Of a stretch of DNA of 64,000 nucleotides, positions 29,598 through 40,309 are shown in pieces. How positions within the stretch are numbered: the first letter of the stretch is position 1; the number at the start of each line of letters is the position of its first letter. The notes under the pieces were generated by a model. The model was given only the letters and a program-made list of their open reading frames with translations, did not search any database and was not told the origin of the DNA. Both the position numbers and the translations under genes were made by a program. This stretch comes from Burkholderiales bacterium (lineage in GTDB: Bacteria; Pseudomonadota; Gammaproteobacteria; Burkholderiales; Burkholderiaceae_C), in contig JANOLJ010000336.1 in the NCBI GenBank assembly GCA_031419715.1, forward strand, positions 2,050-66,049, given 5' to 3'.

Positions 29598-30368
29598 TCA
29601 TTTCACGTCTTTCCAGTAGCTGGCATTGAGCCGCCACGCGATCACGATGAAAAGCCCGAGGTAGATCAGAACCCACACGCCGACCCGCACGCGCTGGTCT
29701 TGCGCCGGCTCACCCATCCACTGCAGGTAGGCGACCAGATCGGCGACGGCCTCGTCGTACTCACGCGGCGACAGCGTGCCCGGCGCAATGGGTTCATAGC
29801 CTTCGAATCGATACACGACCTTCGAAGCGTCATGCGCGTCCTTCACGTCGACAAATTTTGCGCTGCGCTGACCTTGCAACTCCCAAAGCACATGCGGCAT
29901 TCCCACGCTGGGGAAGGCCAGGTTGTTCCAGCCTGTGGCCTTGCTCGGATCCCGGTAGTAGCTGCGCAAATAAGTGTAGAGATAGTCCGCGCCACTGCCC
30001 TTCGAGATGTCAGCGCGCGAGCGTGCAATGACAGTCAAGTCAGGCGGCACGGCGCCGAACCACTCTGTGGCCTGCTTGGGATCGAGTGCGACTTTCATTG
30101 TTTCGCCGACCTTGTCGGTCGTGAACAGCAGGTTGCTCTTGATCTGGTTTTCAGTCAGCCCGAGATCTCCAAGCCGGTTGAAGCGCATGTAGCCCGCAGA
30201 GTGACAGTTCAAACAATAGTTGACGAACAACTGCGCCCCGCTTTGCAACGCAGCGACATTGGTCATGCGCTCTTCGGGGAACTTGTCCCAGGCCATGCTC
30301 CCTTCACCAGCCGCAACTGACGTTGCGATACCTAGCGCGGCCAACGCCGCAATGAGTTGTCTCTTCAT
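29598..30368 (-). CDS. petC: cytochrome c1 subunit of ubiquinol-cytochrome c reductase
   Basis: Haem motif CLNCHS is present with a C-terminal TM anchor. I preferred ATG 30368 (MKRQLIAALAAL signal) because GGAGA lies 8 nt upstream. The ORF extends to 30392. Confidence 0.9.
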   Translation of the reverse strand: MKRQLIAALAALGIATSVAAGEGSMAWDKFPEERMTNVAALQSGAQLFVNYCLNCHSAGYMRFNRLGDLGLTENQIKSNLLFTTDKVGETMKVALDPKQATEWFGAVPPDLTVIARSRADISKGSGADYLYTYLRSYYRDPSKATGWNNLAFPSVGMPHVLWELQGQRSAKFVDVKDAHDASKVVYRFEGYEPIAPGTLSPREYDEAVADLVAYLQWMGEPAQDQRVRVGVWVLIYLGLFIVIAWRLNASYWKDVK

Positions 30369-30391
30369 CTTCGATGTCTCCGGCATTGCCA

Positions 30392-31855
30392 TCAGTGCGC
30401 GGTGAAAGTGACACGCTCGGGCACTGGCTCAAAGCGTCCGAGGCGGCTCCACCACGGCATCAGCAGCAGAAAGCCGAAGTACGCGAGCGTACCGACCTGG
30501 GACACAAAGTTGCCAATGTCCGATGGCGGCCGCACGCCGAGATAGCCCAGCACGAGAAAGATGAAGACGAATGCGGCATACAACCACTTGTGCCAACCTG
30601 GGCGATACCGAATCGACTTGACAGGACAGTGATCAAGCCATGGCAGGAAAAAGAGCACAAGGACCGCGCCACCCATCACCACCACACCCCAAAACTTGGC
30701 CTCGAAACCCGCCAGCAGTGCCGATTGCGCCAACCCGACCAGGCCCAGCATCGAAAACAAGGCCTTGAATCCACCGAACAGCAAGATCGACACCAGAGCC
30801 GCTACAGCGATGGCCAGCTTCGAAGAACCGGTCAGCCCGGGCTTGCGAATCGCCAGCACCGCCGCCACGGCAACGATGACCGACAGCACCGCCATCATCT
30901 GATCAGTCGTTGCCCGCAGCATCGAGTAATAGGGCGTGAAGTACCACACCGGTGCGATATGCGCAGGCGTCTTCAATGGGTCGGCGGGAATGAAGTTGTT
31001 GTACTCAAGAAAGTAGCCACCCAACTCCGGCGCGAAGAAGACGATGGCACTGAAGATCAGCAGAAACACGCTCACGGCGAAGATGTCGTGCACCGTGTAA
31101 AACGGGTGGAACGGAATGCCGTCCAGCGGGCGTCCATCACTTCCCAGTTTGGCCTTGATCTCGACGCCGTCCGGGTTGTTCGATCCCACCTCGTGCAGGG
31201 CCATGATGTGGGCCGCAACCAGACCTATCAGGACCAGCGGTATCGCGATCACATGGAGCGCAAAAAATCGATTCAGGGTCGCGTCTCCGACCACGTAGTC
31301 GCCGCGGATCAGCAGCGCCAAGTCGGGACCGATCAACGGCACGGCAGCGAACAGGTTGACGATGACCTGGGCACCCCAATAGCTCATTTGACCCCAGGGC
31401 AGCAAGTAGCCCATGAAGGCCTCGGCCATCAGGCACAGGAAAATCGCGCAGCCGAAAATCCAGACCAGTTCGCGCGGCTTGCGGTAGCTGCCATAGAGCA
31501 GGCCGCGGAACATGTGCAGGTACACGACAACGAAAAACGCCGACGCGCCCGTGGAGTGCATGTAGCGAATCAGCCAGCCCCATGGCACATCGCGCATGAT
31601 GTACTCGACCGACGCGAACGCAAGCGCCGAGTCGGGCTTGTAGTGCATCGTCAGGAATATCCCGGTGACGATCTGGATCACCAGGACCAGCAATGACAAC
31701 GCGCCGAAAACGTACCATATATTGAAGTTCTTCGGCGCGTAGTACTCCGACATGTGCTCCTTGTAGAGCTTGGTCGCCGGAAACCGGTTGTCGACCCACG
31801 TCATCAACTTTTCCGCAAGCGAAGCGTCCGCCTTCGCCACCTTGAATTCAGCCAT
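30392..31855 (-). CDS. petB: cytochrome b subunit of ubiquinol-cytochrome c reductase
   Basis: A full cytochrome b/b6 sequence (WNFGSL-like region, paired His in the TM helices, PEWYF-like VWYFTPYY). I chose ATG 31855 (MAEFKV). Confidence 0.95.
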   Translation of the reverse strand: MAEFKVAKADASLAEKLMTWVDNRFPATKLYKEHMSEYYAPKNFNIWYVFGALSLLVLVIQIVTGIFLTMHYKPDSALAFASVEYIMRDVPWGWLIRYMHSTGASAFFVVVYLHMFRGLLYGSYRKPRELVWIFGCAIFLCLMAEAFMGYLLPWGQMSYWGAQVIVNLFAAVPLIGPDLALLIRGDYVVGDATLNRFFALHVIAIPLVLIGLVAAHIMALHEVGSNNPDGVEIKAKLGSDGRPLDGIPFHPFYTVHDIFAVSVFLLIFSAIVFFAPELGGYFLEYNNFIPADPLKTPAHIAPVWYFTPYYSMLRATTDQMMAVLSVIVAVAAVLAIRKPGLTGSSKLAIAVAALVSILLFGGFKALFSMLGLVGLAQSALLAGFEAKFWGVVVMGGAVLVLFFLPWLDHCPVKSIRYRPGWHKWLYAAFVFIFLVLGYLGVRPPSDIGNFVSQVGTLAYFGFLLLMPWWSRLGRFEPVPERVTFTAH

Positions 31856-31892
31856 TCCTTGTTCTCCTGGTCCCGCTGTGCTTCGCCGCCGA

Positions 31893-32492
31893 TCAGGCCT
31901 TCTTGTCTTCACCAATGATCAACCGGCTGTCCGACAGGTACATGTGCGGAGGAACCTCCAGGTTATCGGGCGCGGGCTTGTTCTTGTAGACGCGCCCCGC
32001 CATGTCGAACATCGATCCGTGGCACGGGCAAAAGAAGCCACCGGCCCAATCGTCGGGCAGCGAGGCTTGCGGGCCGGGCTGGAACTTCTCGGTCGGCGAG
32101 CAGCCAAGGTGCGAGCAAATTCCGACGGTGACGAACACTTCTGGTTTGATCGACCGATGCGTGTTGCGTGCGTACTCCGGCGTGAGTTCATCGGGCTTGC
32201 GCGCTGAAGCCGGGTCCGCCAGCAACGCATCGACCTTCTTCAATGACTCAAGCTGTTCCGGCGTGCGCCTGACGATCCACACCGGCTTGCCGCGCCACTC
32301 GACGGTCAGCCGCTCCCCTGGCTGCAGCGCGGCGATATCGACCTCGACCGCGGCCCCGGCAGCTCGGGCGCGCTCTGATGGAAGGACACTCGCAATAAAT
32401 GGGACGGCGGTAAATCCGCCACCAATCGCGCCGACGCAGCCCGTCGCGATCAGCCATGTGCGCTTGTCGTCGTCGATCCGCGGTTCACTCAT
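31893..32492 (-). CDS. petA: ubiquinol-cytochrome c reductase Rieske iron-sulfur subunit
   Basis: Rieske boxes CSHLGC and CPCHGS are present. Confidence 0.95.
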   Translation of the reverse strand: MSEPRIDDDKRTWLIATGCVGAIGGGFTAVPFIASVLPSERARAAGAAVEVDIAALQPGERLTVEWRGKPVWIVRRTPEQLESLKKVDALLADPASARKPDELTPEYARNTHRSIKPEVFVTVGICSHLGCSPTEKFQPGPQASLPDDWAGGFFCPCHGSMFDMAGRVYKNKPAPDNLEVPPHMYLSDSRLIIGEDKKA

Positions 32493-32758
32493 TCATCACC
32501 TCGAAGGTATTTACGGCTCAGGGTCAACCCTGAATTCTAGCGGAGGTGTCAAGGGCCTTCCGACCAGCGGACCCGCCGCATGGGGCGCGCGTCCGGGAGC
32601 AGGCCCTCGAAGCCAGTAGTCGCGCAGTTGCGACGGGCGCGACGCGAAGCCTTGACCGCCATCAAGGTTCTGAAATACTGCCAAGCCGAACCGGGCGCGA
32701 AGTGACCCGGCCGGTACGAGCAAGACTTCTAACCACCGATCGAACAGGAGACAAACAC

Positions 32759-33187
32759 ATGACCCTAGCAACTGAGTTCAAGGATTTCGTGTCCAGGGGT
32801 AACGTTGTCGACCTTGCCGTGGGCGTGATCATCGGCGCCGCGTTCGGAAAGATCGTCGATTCCCTGGTCAAGGACATCATCATGCCCCTGGCGGGGCGTG
32901 TGCTGGGCGGATTGGACTTCTCCAACCTGTTCTTCCTGCTCGCAACTCCTTCGGCCGACTTCAAAGGCCCAATGACTTATGACGCACTGACCAAGGCGGG
33001 TGTGCCTCTTTTCGCTTACGGAAATTTCATCACCGTGGCACTGAACTTCGTGATCCTTGCCTTCATCATTTTCATGATGGTCAAGCAGATCAACCGGATG
33101 AAGAAATCCGCACCACCTGCCCCACCCGCGCCGACGCCAGAGGATGTCATTCTGCTTCGTGAAATCCGCGACGCGCTGAAGAGGTAG
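32759..33187 (+). CDS. mscL: large-conductance mechanosensitive channel
   Basis: It starts [43 protein letters not shown], which is canonical MscL. AGGAG lies upstream of ATG 32759. Confidence 0.95.
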   Translation: MTLATEFKDFVSRGNVVDLAVGVIIGAAFGKIVDSLVKDIIMPLAGRVLGGLDFSNLFFLLATPSADFKGPMTYDALTKAGVPLFAYGNFITVALNFVILAFIIFMMVKQINRMKKSAPPAPPAPTPEDVILLREIRDALKR

Positions 33188-33281
33188 CCGTTCACGGGAG
33201 CCCCATCGGGCGGGGCAACAGGGCCATACTGCCCACTCACGAGCCGGCCGGCACATTGATCGGCACGGTCATTAACGCCAG

Positions 33282-35783
33282 ATGGCGTGTTGCCAGCCCC
33301 CGATGCGACCTACCGAACCGCGACTGCAGTCCGCCCTTGATGCGGCGATGAATCAAGTCAAGGTGACCGCCGCCGCGGTCGCCGAACGCGTGTCTGAAGT
33401 TCTGGGCACGATGGCCCGATCGACACCACGCGCTTCCGATCGCGAACAGATGCTGTCTGCGCAGCAGGATCTGCTGCGCAGCATGGGTGAGTTTCACCGG
33501 GTGTTCAAGGAAGTCCTTGGCGAGAAAATGAACCACGAGCTCGCACAACGTCGGCCCGCCAAGCGAGCTGCGGCCATCGCCGATTGGGAGTCGCTCAGCC
33601 TGGTAGAAGAAGACGAAGTCGAGGAGCAACTGCATGCCGATCGCATCACACAAATGATCGCCCATGAGTGTGATGCCCAGTTGCGCGAGCTTGGTTCATA
33701 CATGAACGCATTGACTCGCACGGCGCCGGGGTCGGCGCAGGGAAATCCGCTGCGTGCCGAAGTGTTGGGTACGGCGATGTATCGAGCCATCGAAGCCGTG
33801 AGCGACGAGCGCGAAGTGCGCAAACTGCTGGCCCGCGATCTGGGCCAAACGCTCGCGCGGGCGATGCCCGCGTGCTACGCCGAGATTTTGAGCGACTTGA
33901 AATTGCGCGGCATCAAGCCAGCCGCGATGACGCTGCGAAGTGTCGAAGGCCCAGGGGTTGCGCTCGGTTCCGCGAACTCTGGCTACGCAACGCTGTCACC
34001 CCCGGGCACCTTGGATCCGAACGGACCCACGAGCTCGCGCGGCGGGATGTCGTCGCGCAGCGGCCTGCTGGATACCGCCCCCGAACGCTCCAGAGCGGGA
34101 ACTACCAGCGGGCGCGGTGGGCTTGAGCGGCAGATGCCCTCACCCGCCGATCAAGCCGATGCGCAGATGATGACGCTGTTGCGGCGCCTGACGACGCTCG
34201 CCACCACGCCCCCCGCAGCCGCAATCGCGACAGGTGATGGGCACGGTACAGGCGCTGGCGAAGCCCAGAGCCCATTCCAACCAACCCAACCGCTGCGCCA
34301 CAGCATGCATCTGGCGGCGGAGGATTCGCGGTCGGGTCTGATGGCGGTAAACCTGATCCACGCGAACCGCGACGAATTGAGGCAGGCCACCGCGGGCAAG
34401 CTCGATCACATGGTGATCGATGTCGTCGCTGGCCTGTTCGATCAGATTCTTTCCGATTCGCGCGTGTCGCCGCACATGGCACGCCAGATCGCGCGTTTGC
34501 AACTGCCGGTCCTGCGGGTCGCCTTGACCGACAGCAGTTTCTTCTCTTCACGCCGCCATCCGGTGCGCCGATTTGTGAATCGGATGGCGTCGTTGGCTTG
34601 TGGCTTCGATGACTTCGACGCTGGGCCCGGCCTGGACTTCATCTCCAGGATTCGCGATCTCGTCCAGGAAGTCGTCGATGGCGACTTCGATCGGCTCGAT
34701 CTCTATGAAATCAAGCTGGAGACACTGGAGAGCTTCATCGCGGGCCAGACGAAAGTCGAGGCTGAACAGACCGGCGCGGTCAGCACGATCGAGGACAAGG
34801 AGTCCGAACTTCGCATCCAGCAGCGCTACATGCAGCAGTTGCGGTCCGCACTCTCACCCCTGTCGCTGCCCGACTATCTGGGCGACTTCCTGGCACAGGT
34901 CTGGAGTCAGGCGTTGGTACTCGCCGCGACCCGCGACGGGAGCGCGTCGGAGCGTCTCGCGCGCTATACGCGCACCGGGCGCGACCTGATCATGAGCGTT
35001 CAGCCGCAGGGCACACCGGCTCTGCGCAAGAAGTTCTTGTCACAGCTACCCCTGCTGATGAAGGACCTGAACGAGGGCATGAAATTCATCGGCTGGCCGG
35101 AGGTCGCGCAGAAAGAGTTCTTCGGCAAGCTGTTACCGGCTCACGCCGAGTCGTTGAAGGGAAAACCCCTTTCCGAACTCGACCACAACATGCTGCTCAA
35201 GCAGCTCGAGGCGGCACTCAGCGTACCCGTCCCGGGGGCGGATACGGTGAATGCCCACACCCCCCTTCCTGTACTCGCAGACGTCGTCGACGTCGAACAG
35301 CGCTTTACGCCCGAGGAAGCGAAGGCAGTGGGGCTGGTGACCGAATCGAACATCAACTGGAGCGATACCCTCGACCTCGGCTTGGGGGCGGATTCCGAGT
35401 CGCCGAATGACGAGGTGGAAACGCCGCAATCGGAACAAGACTCCCGGATCGACATGAACCCTGCGAGCGACACCGAAGGTGATGAGCCAACGCGCGGAGC
35501 GCAGTTGTTCGATCACATCCAACTCGGGTTCGTCTATCAGATGCATTTGAAGGACGACTGGCAAAAGGTTCGCCTGACGTACATGAGCCCCGGACGACAG
35601 TTTTTCGTGTTCACGCGAGGCAAGAAGTATCAGGAAACGATATCCGTCACGTCACGCATGCTGACCCGCATGTGCGAGACCGGTCGCTTCCGAGCCTTTG
35701 AACACAAGTACCTGATGGACCGCGCGTCGCACCGCGCTCGCAAGCAACTTGCTGAGTTGCTGACACAAACCGCCGCCCGCTGA
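33282..35783 (+). CDS. DUF1631 family protein (large, function unknown)
   Basis: An 833-aa ORF with non-repetitive composition. The segment PHMARQIARLQLPVLRVALTDSSFFSSRRHPVRRFVNRMA resembles the DUF1631 family as I recall it. An alternative ATG is at 33303. Confidence 0.65.
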   Translation: MACCQPPMRPTEPRLQSALDAAMNQVKVTAAAVAERVSEVLGTMARSTPRASDREQMLSAQQDLLRSMGEFHRVFKEVLGEKMNHELAQRRPAKRAAAIADWESLSLVEEDEVEEQLHADRITQMIAHECDAQLRELGSYMNALTRTAPGSAQGNPLRAEVLGTAMYRAIEAVSDEREVRKLLARDLGQTLARAMPACYAEILSDLKLRGIKPAAMTLRSVEGPGVALGSANSGYATLSPPGTLDPNGPTSSRGGMSSRSGLLDTAPERSRAGTTSGRGGLERQMPSPADQADAQMMTLLRRLTTLATTPPAAAIATGDGHGTGAGEAQSPFQPTQPLRHSMHLAAEDSRSGLMAVNLIHANRDELRQATAGKLDHMVIDVVAGLFDQILSDSRVSPHMARQIARLQLPVLRVALTDSSFFSSRRHPVRRFVNRMASLACGFDDFDAGPGLDFISRIRDLVQEVVDGDFDRLDLYEIKLETLESFIAGQTKVEAEQTGAVSTIEDKESELRIQQRYMQQLRSALSPLSLPDYLGDFLAQVWSQALVLAATRDGSASERLARYTRTGRDLIMSVQPQGTPALRKKFLSQLPLLMKDLNEGMKFIGWPEVAQKEFFGKLLPAHAESLKGKPLSELDHNMLLKQLEAALSVPVPGADTVNAHTPLPVLADVVDVEQRFTPEEAKAVGLVTESNINWSDTLDLGLGADSESPNDEVETPQSEQDSRIDMNPASDTEGDEPTRGAQLFDHIQLGFVYQMHLKDDWQKVRLTYMSPGRQFFVFTRGKKYQETISVTSRMLTRMCETGRFRAFEHKYLMDRASHRARKQLAELLTQTAAR

Positions 35784-35817
35784 CGTTCATTCGGCGGCCC
35801 GCGCGCCCGTCACCGGG

Positions 35818-36906
35818 TCAAGCAGACACCCACTGCCGCACCAGACGCAACGCCGCCAGCAAACTCGATGGATCGGCCGTTCCGGTGCCGGCAATGTCGA
35901 ACGCCGTACCGTGGTCAGGACTGGCGCGGACAAAGGGCAAGCCAAGCGTGACGTTGACACCGTCCGCGACGCCCAAGTACTTCACCGGAATCAGGCCGTG
36001 GTCATGCGTCATGGCCACAACCACATCGAACTCTCCCGGATGCCCACTTCCCGGTGCCGCGCCCGCTGCCGCCAGCGCATTGCGCGCGCGCATGAATACG
36101 GTGTCGGGCGCGAACGGCCCTTGCGCATCAATGCCCTGCGCGCGCGCCGCTGCGATGGCCGGCGCGATGATGCGCTGCTCTTCATCGCCGAACAGTCCGC
36201 CTTCACCCGCATGCGGGTTCAATCCGGCCACCGCGATCCGAGGCTGCGACTGCCCCCAGCAGGGTGCGCTGCGGTGCGCAATGCGGATGGTTTCCAACAC
36301 CGCGTCGTAAGTGACGGCATCGATCGCCTTGCGCAGCGACAGATGAATCGTCACCAACACGACTCGAAGCTGATCATTCGCAAGCATCATGCGCACCTGT
36401 GGCGGCACGCCCGGAGCGGTCCGCGCGGCCAGCGCCTGCAGCATCTCCGTGTGCCCTGGGTAGGGCACACCTGCCGCAGCGAGCGCCTCCTTGTGAATCG
36501 GCGCCGTGACGATGGCACCCACCGCGCCGCTCAGCGCCAGCCGAACGGCCGCTTCAATGCAGGCGGCCGCGGCTTGGCCGGCCCGGGCGTCGACCTGACC
36601 TATCGGTGCATCGATCAGGTCCGAGGCCAGTGCATCGACTTGCAGCACCGGCACACAAGCCGCTGGCGCGGCGAACGCATCCGCCGCGGACGCAATGCGC
36701 GCCACCGCAAGCCCACCGCCCGTCAACGCCACCGCACGACGCATCACGCCAATGTCTCCGACCACGAAACAGCCCGCCGCGTGCGTTGAGCGCCACAGCT
36801 TGGCAACGATCTCCGGGCCAATGCCGCAGGCGTCGCCCATCGTCAATGCGATCGGAAGCCGCGGCGCCTCACACCGCCGCAACGAGCCTGGCGCGTCGGG
36901 CGTCAT
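35818..36906 (-). CDS. pdxA: 4-hydroxythreonine-4-phosphate dehydrogenase (PdxA family)
   Basis: PdxA motifs are present: ALTMGDACGIGPEI, GLNPHAGEGG, VRASPDHGTAFDIAG. I chose ATG 36906, and the upstream part of ORF 35818..37143 was discarded. Confidence 0.88.
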   Translation of the reverse strand: MTPDAPGSLRRCEAPRLPIALTMGDACGIGPEIVAKLWRSTHAAGCFVVGDIGVMRRAVALTGGGLAVARIASAADAFAAPAACVPVLQVDALASDLIDAPIGQVDARAGQAAAACIEAAVRLALSGAVGAIVTAPIHKEALAAAGVPYPGHTEMLQALAARTAPGVPPQVRMMLANDQLRVVLVTIHLSLRKAIDAVTYDAVLETIRIAHRSAPCWGQSQPRIAVAGLNPHAGEGGLFGDEEQRIIAPAIAAARAQGIDAQGPFAPDTVFMRARNALAAAGAAPGSGHPGEFDVVVAMTHDHGLIPVKYLGVADGVNVTLGLPFVRASPDHGTAFDIAGTGTADPSSLLAALRLVRQWVSA

Positions 36907-37045
36907 CGCGCCTGGGCCGAAGCAGGGTCGCGCGGCGGCGTATCCGCGCGCGACCTGCCCTGACCTGGGGCACTGTTCAGCCCATAATCCCGAGTCCGGC
37001 ACGCGCCCGACAAGAGAAAGAGGCAGGCCTCGATTGCGCCGCGTG

Positions 37046-38242
37046 ATGTCATTCCGAGTCTCTCCAATGCGCAGAACCTGGCTGATTTTCTCCCAAGCTG
37101 TCACCGTCGCGGTGGCCATGCTGTTTGTCGTGGCCACGCTCAAGCCCGAGTGGCTGAAACGGACCGACGCGGCAGTGCCGGCATCGACCAGCGCCGAACC
37201 GACAGCCGCATTGCAGCCCGTGCTGCTGAACGCGCCGACGGCAGCGAGCAGCTACAGCGCCGCCGCCAAGCGCGCGACGCCCGCCGTCGTCAGCATCACC
37301 GCCAGCAAGGCGCCGACGCGCAATTCGAACGCGAACGACCCGTGGTTTCAGTTCTTCTTCGGCGAGCGCTCGCGGCAGATGCCGCAAGACGCGCAAGTCG
37401 GCCTCGGTTCGGGGGTGATTGTCGCGGCGAACGGCCATCTGTTGACGAACAACCATGTGATCGAGGGCGCCGACGACATTGAAGTGATGTTGACCGACGG
37501 CCGTCAAGCCAAGGCCCGCCTGGTCGGTACCGATCCGGATACCGACTTGGCCGTGCTGAAGATCGAACTCGATCGCCTGCCCGTCATCGGCATCGGCAAC
37601 AGCGAACAGCTGCAGGTGGGTGACGTGGTGCTCGCGATCGGCAATCCCTTCGGTGTGGGCCAAACAGTCACCTCAGGAATCATCAGCGCGCTGGGGCGCA
37701 ACCAGCTGGGCATCAACACCTTCGAGAACTTCATCCAGACCGATGCCGCGATCAACCCCGGCAATTCCGGCGGCGCTCTGGTTGACGCCAGCGGCAACCT
37801 GTTGGGCATCAACACCGCCATCTACTCGCGCACCGGCGGCAACATGGGCATTGGATTCGCGATTCCGGCGAGCACGGCCATGCTGGTGATGCAGAGCCTG
37901 ATTCAAGACGGGCATGTCGTCAGGGGTTGGATCGGCGTCGAGCCTCGCGACCTGACGCCCGAAATCGCGCAGACCTTGAACCTGCCGATCAAGCAGGGCG
38001 TACTGATCACCGGGGTACTGCACAGCGGCCCGGCAAGTGCCGCGGGCCTGCGGCCTGGCGATGTCGTCGTGAAGATCGCGGGGGCGCCCGTGACAAACAC
38101 CGCGCAATTGCTCAGCGCCGTGGCTGCATTGCGACCGCAGGCGCATGCCATGGTCAGCGTGCAGCGAGGCGACGCGGCATTGGAACTGGATGTCACGGTC
38201 GCGCAGCGACCCAAGGCGCGGCCCCAGCGCAATCCGCGCTGA
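37046..38242 (+). CDS. DegS/AlgW-type periplasmic serine endoprotease (trypsin domain plus one PDZ)
   Basis: It has an N-terminal TM anchor, the catalytic triad context (TNNHV, DLAVLK, GNSGGALV) and a single PDZ. ATG is at 37046, with an alternative at 37067. Confidence 0.85.
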   Translation: MSFRVSPMRRTWLIFSQAVTVAVAMLFVVATLKPEWLKRTDAAVPASTSAEPTAALQPVLLNAPTAASSYSAAAKRATPAVVSITASKAPTRNSNANDPWFQFFFGERSRQMPQDAQVGLGSGVIVAANGHLLTNNHVIEGADDIEVMLTDGRQAKARLVGTDPDTDLAVLKIELDRLPVIGIGNSEQLQVGDVVLAIGNPFGVGQTVTSGIISALGRNQLGINTFENFIQTDAAINPGNSGGALVDASGNLLGINTAIYSRTGGNMGIGFAIPASTAMLVMQSLIQDGHVVRGWIGVEPRDLTPEIAQTLNLPIKQGVLITGVLHSGPASAAGLRPGDVVVKIAGAPVTNTAQLLSAVAALRPQAHAMVSVQRGDAALELDVTVAQRPKARPQRNPR

Positions 38243-38251
38243 CAGCATTGT

Positions 38252-39037
38252 TCAGGGATTCTGCGTTTCTGCCGCTGGCGGCTGGGTGTGGCGAATGAAG
38301 ATCTGCGCCGCCCAGATGCCCACTTCATAGAGCAGGCACATCGGGATCGCCAACGCCAACTGCGACACCACATCGGGCGGCGTGATGATCGCGGCGACGA
38401 TGAACGCGAGCACGATGAAGTAGCTGCGAAATGCCTTCAGCTTCTCGATGCTGACCAGCCCCATGCGCGCCAGCACCACCACGACGACGGGAACTTCAAA
38501 TGAGGCGCCGAAGGCAATGAACATCGTCAGCACGAAGCTGAGGTAGGCCTCGATGTCAGGCGCGGCCGTGATGCTCTTCGGCGCAAAGCTCTGAATGAAC
38601 TTGAACACCTGGCCGAACACGAAGAAATAGCAGAACGCGACGCCGACGAAAAACAGCAGCGTGCTTGAGATCACGAGCGGCATGACCAAACGCTTCTCGT
38701 GCGTGTAAAGACCCGGGGCCACAAACGCCCAGACCTGGTAGAGCACGACCGGCAAGGCCAGCAAGAAGGCGGCCAGCAATGTGATCTTCAGCGGCACCAG
38801 GAATGGCGAGATGACATTCGTCGCAATCAGCGTCGTACCCTTGGGCAAATGCGCCACCAGTGGCGCGGCGAGCAAGTCATACAGCTCACCCGGCCCGGGC
38901 CAGAGCGCCAACGCGGCAAAACACACGCCCACGGCGATGGCCGCGCGCACCAGCCGGTCGCGCAACTCCACCAAGTGCGAGACAAAGGGCTGCTCGGTGC
39001 CCGCGAGTTCGTCGGGCTCGTCTGGCTTGCCGCTCAT
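38252..39037 (-). CDS. tatC: twin-arginine translocase subunit TatC
   Basis: A six-TM TatC sequence (FVSHLVELRDRL...), last gene of tatABC. Confidence 0.95.
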   Translation of the reverse strand: MSGKPDEPDELAGTEQPFVSHLVELRDRLVRAAIAVGVCFAALALWPGPGELYDLLAAPLVAHLPKGTTLIATNVISPFLVPLKITLLAAFLLALPVVLYQVWAFVAPGLYTHEKRLVMPLVISSTLLFFVGVAFCYFFVFGQVFKFIQSFAPKSITAAPDIEAYLSFVLTMFIAFGASFEVPVVVVVLARMGLVSIEKLKAFRSYFIVLAFIVAAIITPPDVVSQLALAIPMCLLYEVGIWAAQIFIRHTQPPAAETQNP

Positions 39038-39044
39038 GCGCGCC

Positions 39045-39530
39045 TCAAGTCGCGGCGCGCGGCGGGCGGTAGCGTGCCACGCGCGCGGCGCCGGACTGGG
39101 CTCGCACGCGGATCCCCTGGCGTTGCTTGTACCACTGCGGCGTCGCGCCGCGCTTCAGACGCCAGCGTTTGCCCGGGTGCTTATAGGCCGGCGGCGGTGG
39201 CGTCCAGGTTTCGCCCGTCGTTGCGGGGCCGAGAATGGCGCCACTGGCGTCTTGCCAGGTCTTGTCGAATTCGGTGCTGGTCTGGTGAATCTGGTTCGAC
39301 ACGGTCTGCTCCACGTCGCGCGCCGCGTCCTCGACCTGACTCTTCATCTTCTTTAGTTCTTCGAGTTCGATCGACCGATTAACTTCCGCCTTGACATCGG
39401 CCACATAGCGCTGCGCCTTGCCGATGAAGTGACCAACCGTGCGCGCCACTCGCGGCAGTTTTTCCGGGCCGATCACGATCAACGCGACCGCGCCAATCAG
39501 GGCGATCTTGTCGAATCCGAAGTCAATCAT
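39045..39530 (-). CDS. tatB: twin-arginine translocase subunit TatB
   Basis: It starts [33 protein letters not shown]. Confidence 0.9.
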   Translation of the reverse strand: MIDFGFDKIALIGAVALIVIGPEKLPRVARTVGHFIGKAQRYVADVKAEVNRSIELEELKKMKSQVEDAARDVEQTVSNQIHQTSTEFDKTWQDASGAILGPATTGETWTPPPPAYKHPGKRWRLKRGATPQWYKQRQGIRVRAQSGAARVARYRPPRAAT

Positions 39531-39567
39531 GGCGTCACCCGCGGCACGCTTTCAAGGCGGCAAGCGT

Positions 39568-39813
39568 TCAAGACTTGCGCGTGGCCTCGACGTCCACCGT
39601 GTTCGGGTCAGCCGCCTTCGGTGCCGCCGAAACTTGCTGTTGCGCCGCTGCCGCTGCTTCCGCGTTGGCGGCGCCGCCGTCCTTGACCCCGTCTTTGAAG
39701 CCCTTCACTGCCCCACCGAGGTCAGCCCCGATGTTCTTGAGCTTCTTCGTGCCAAAGACCAGCACGACGATCACGAGCACGATCAACCAATGCCAAATGC
39801 TGAATGAACCCAT
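39568..39813 (-). CDS. tatA: twin-arginine translocase subunit TatA
   Basis: It starts [29 protein letters not shown]. Confidence 0.92.
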   Translation of the reverse strand: MGSFSIWHWLIVLVIVVLVFGTKKLKNIGADLGGAVKGFKDGVKDGGAANAEAAAAAQQQVSAAPKAADPNTVDVEATRKS

Positions 39814-39941
39814 GTCGATCTCCTTGTGACGCCGTATGACGAGCGGGCAATTCTAGGTCAGGGGCCGTTCGAGTCCGAATCGCACCCCGAGGTTCAACAC
39901 CTTGGATCGGGTGTCGCGAATGGCGTTGAAGCCCGCAACGG

Positions 39942-40301
39942 TCAGCCCTTGGCCCATGGCCGCGGCCCACCCATGACGTGCATGTGAACATGCTGCACCT
40001 CCTGGCGCCCGTCCTCGCCGGTGTTGATCAGCGTGCGAAATCCGTTTGTCACACCGAGGTCCAGGGCCAGCCGCGGCGCCAAGCGCAACATGTGGCCGAG
40101 CATCGCCCGGTGCGAGTCATTGATGTCGTAGAGCGTGGCGATGTGCTGTTTCGGTATCAGCAAGAAGTGCACCGGCGCCCAGGGTGCGATGTCGTGAAAG
40201 CCGAACACCTGTTCGTCTTCATGAACCTTGCGGCTCGGGATCTTGCCAGCGACGATTTTGCAGAAGATGCAGTGGGGATCGTGGGTCACGCGTGATTCCA
40301 T
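39942..40301 (-). CDS. HIT family (histidine triad nucleotide-binding) protein
   Basis: It has CIFCKI and the histidine triad HVHMHVMGG. I chose ATG 40301, and the rest of ORF 39942..40733 was discarded. Confidence 0.88.
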   Translation of the reverse strand: MESRVTHDPHCIFCKIVAGKIPSRKVHEDEQVFGFHDIAPWAPVHFLLIPKQHIATLYDINDSHRAMLGHMLRLAPRLALDLGVTNGFRTLINTGEDGRQEVQHVHMHVMGGPRPWAKG

Positions 40302-40309
40302 CGTTGCTT

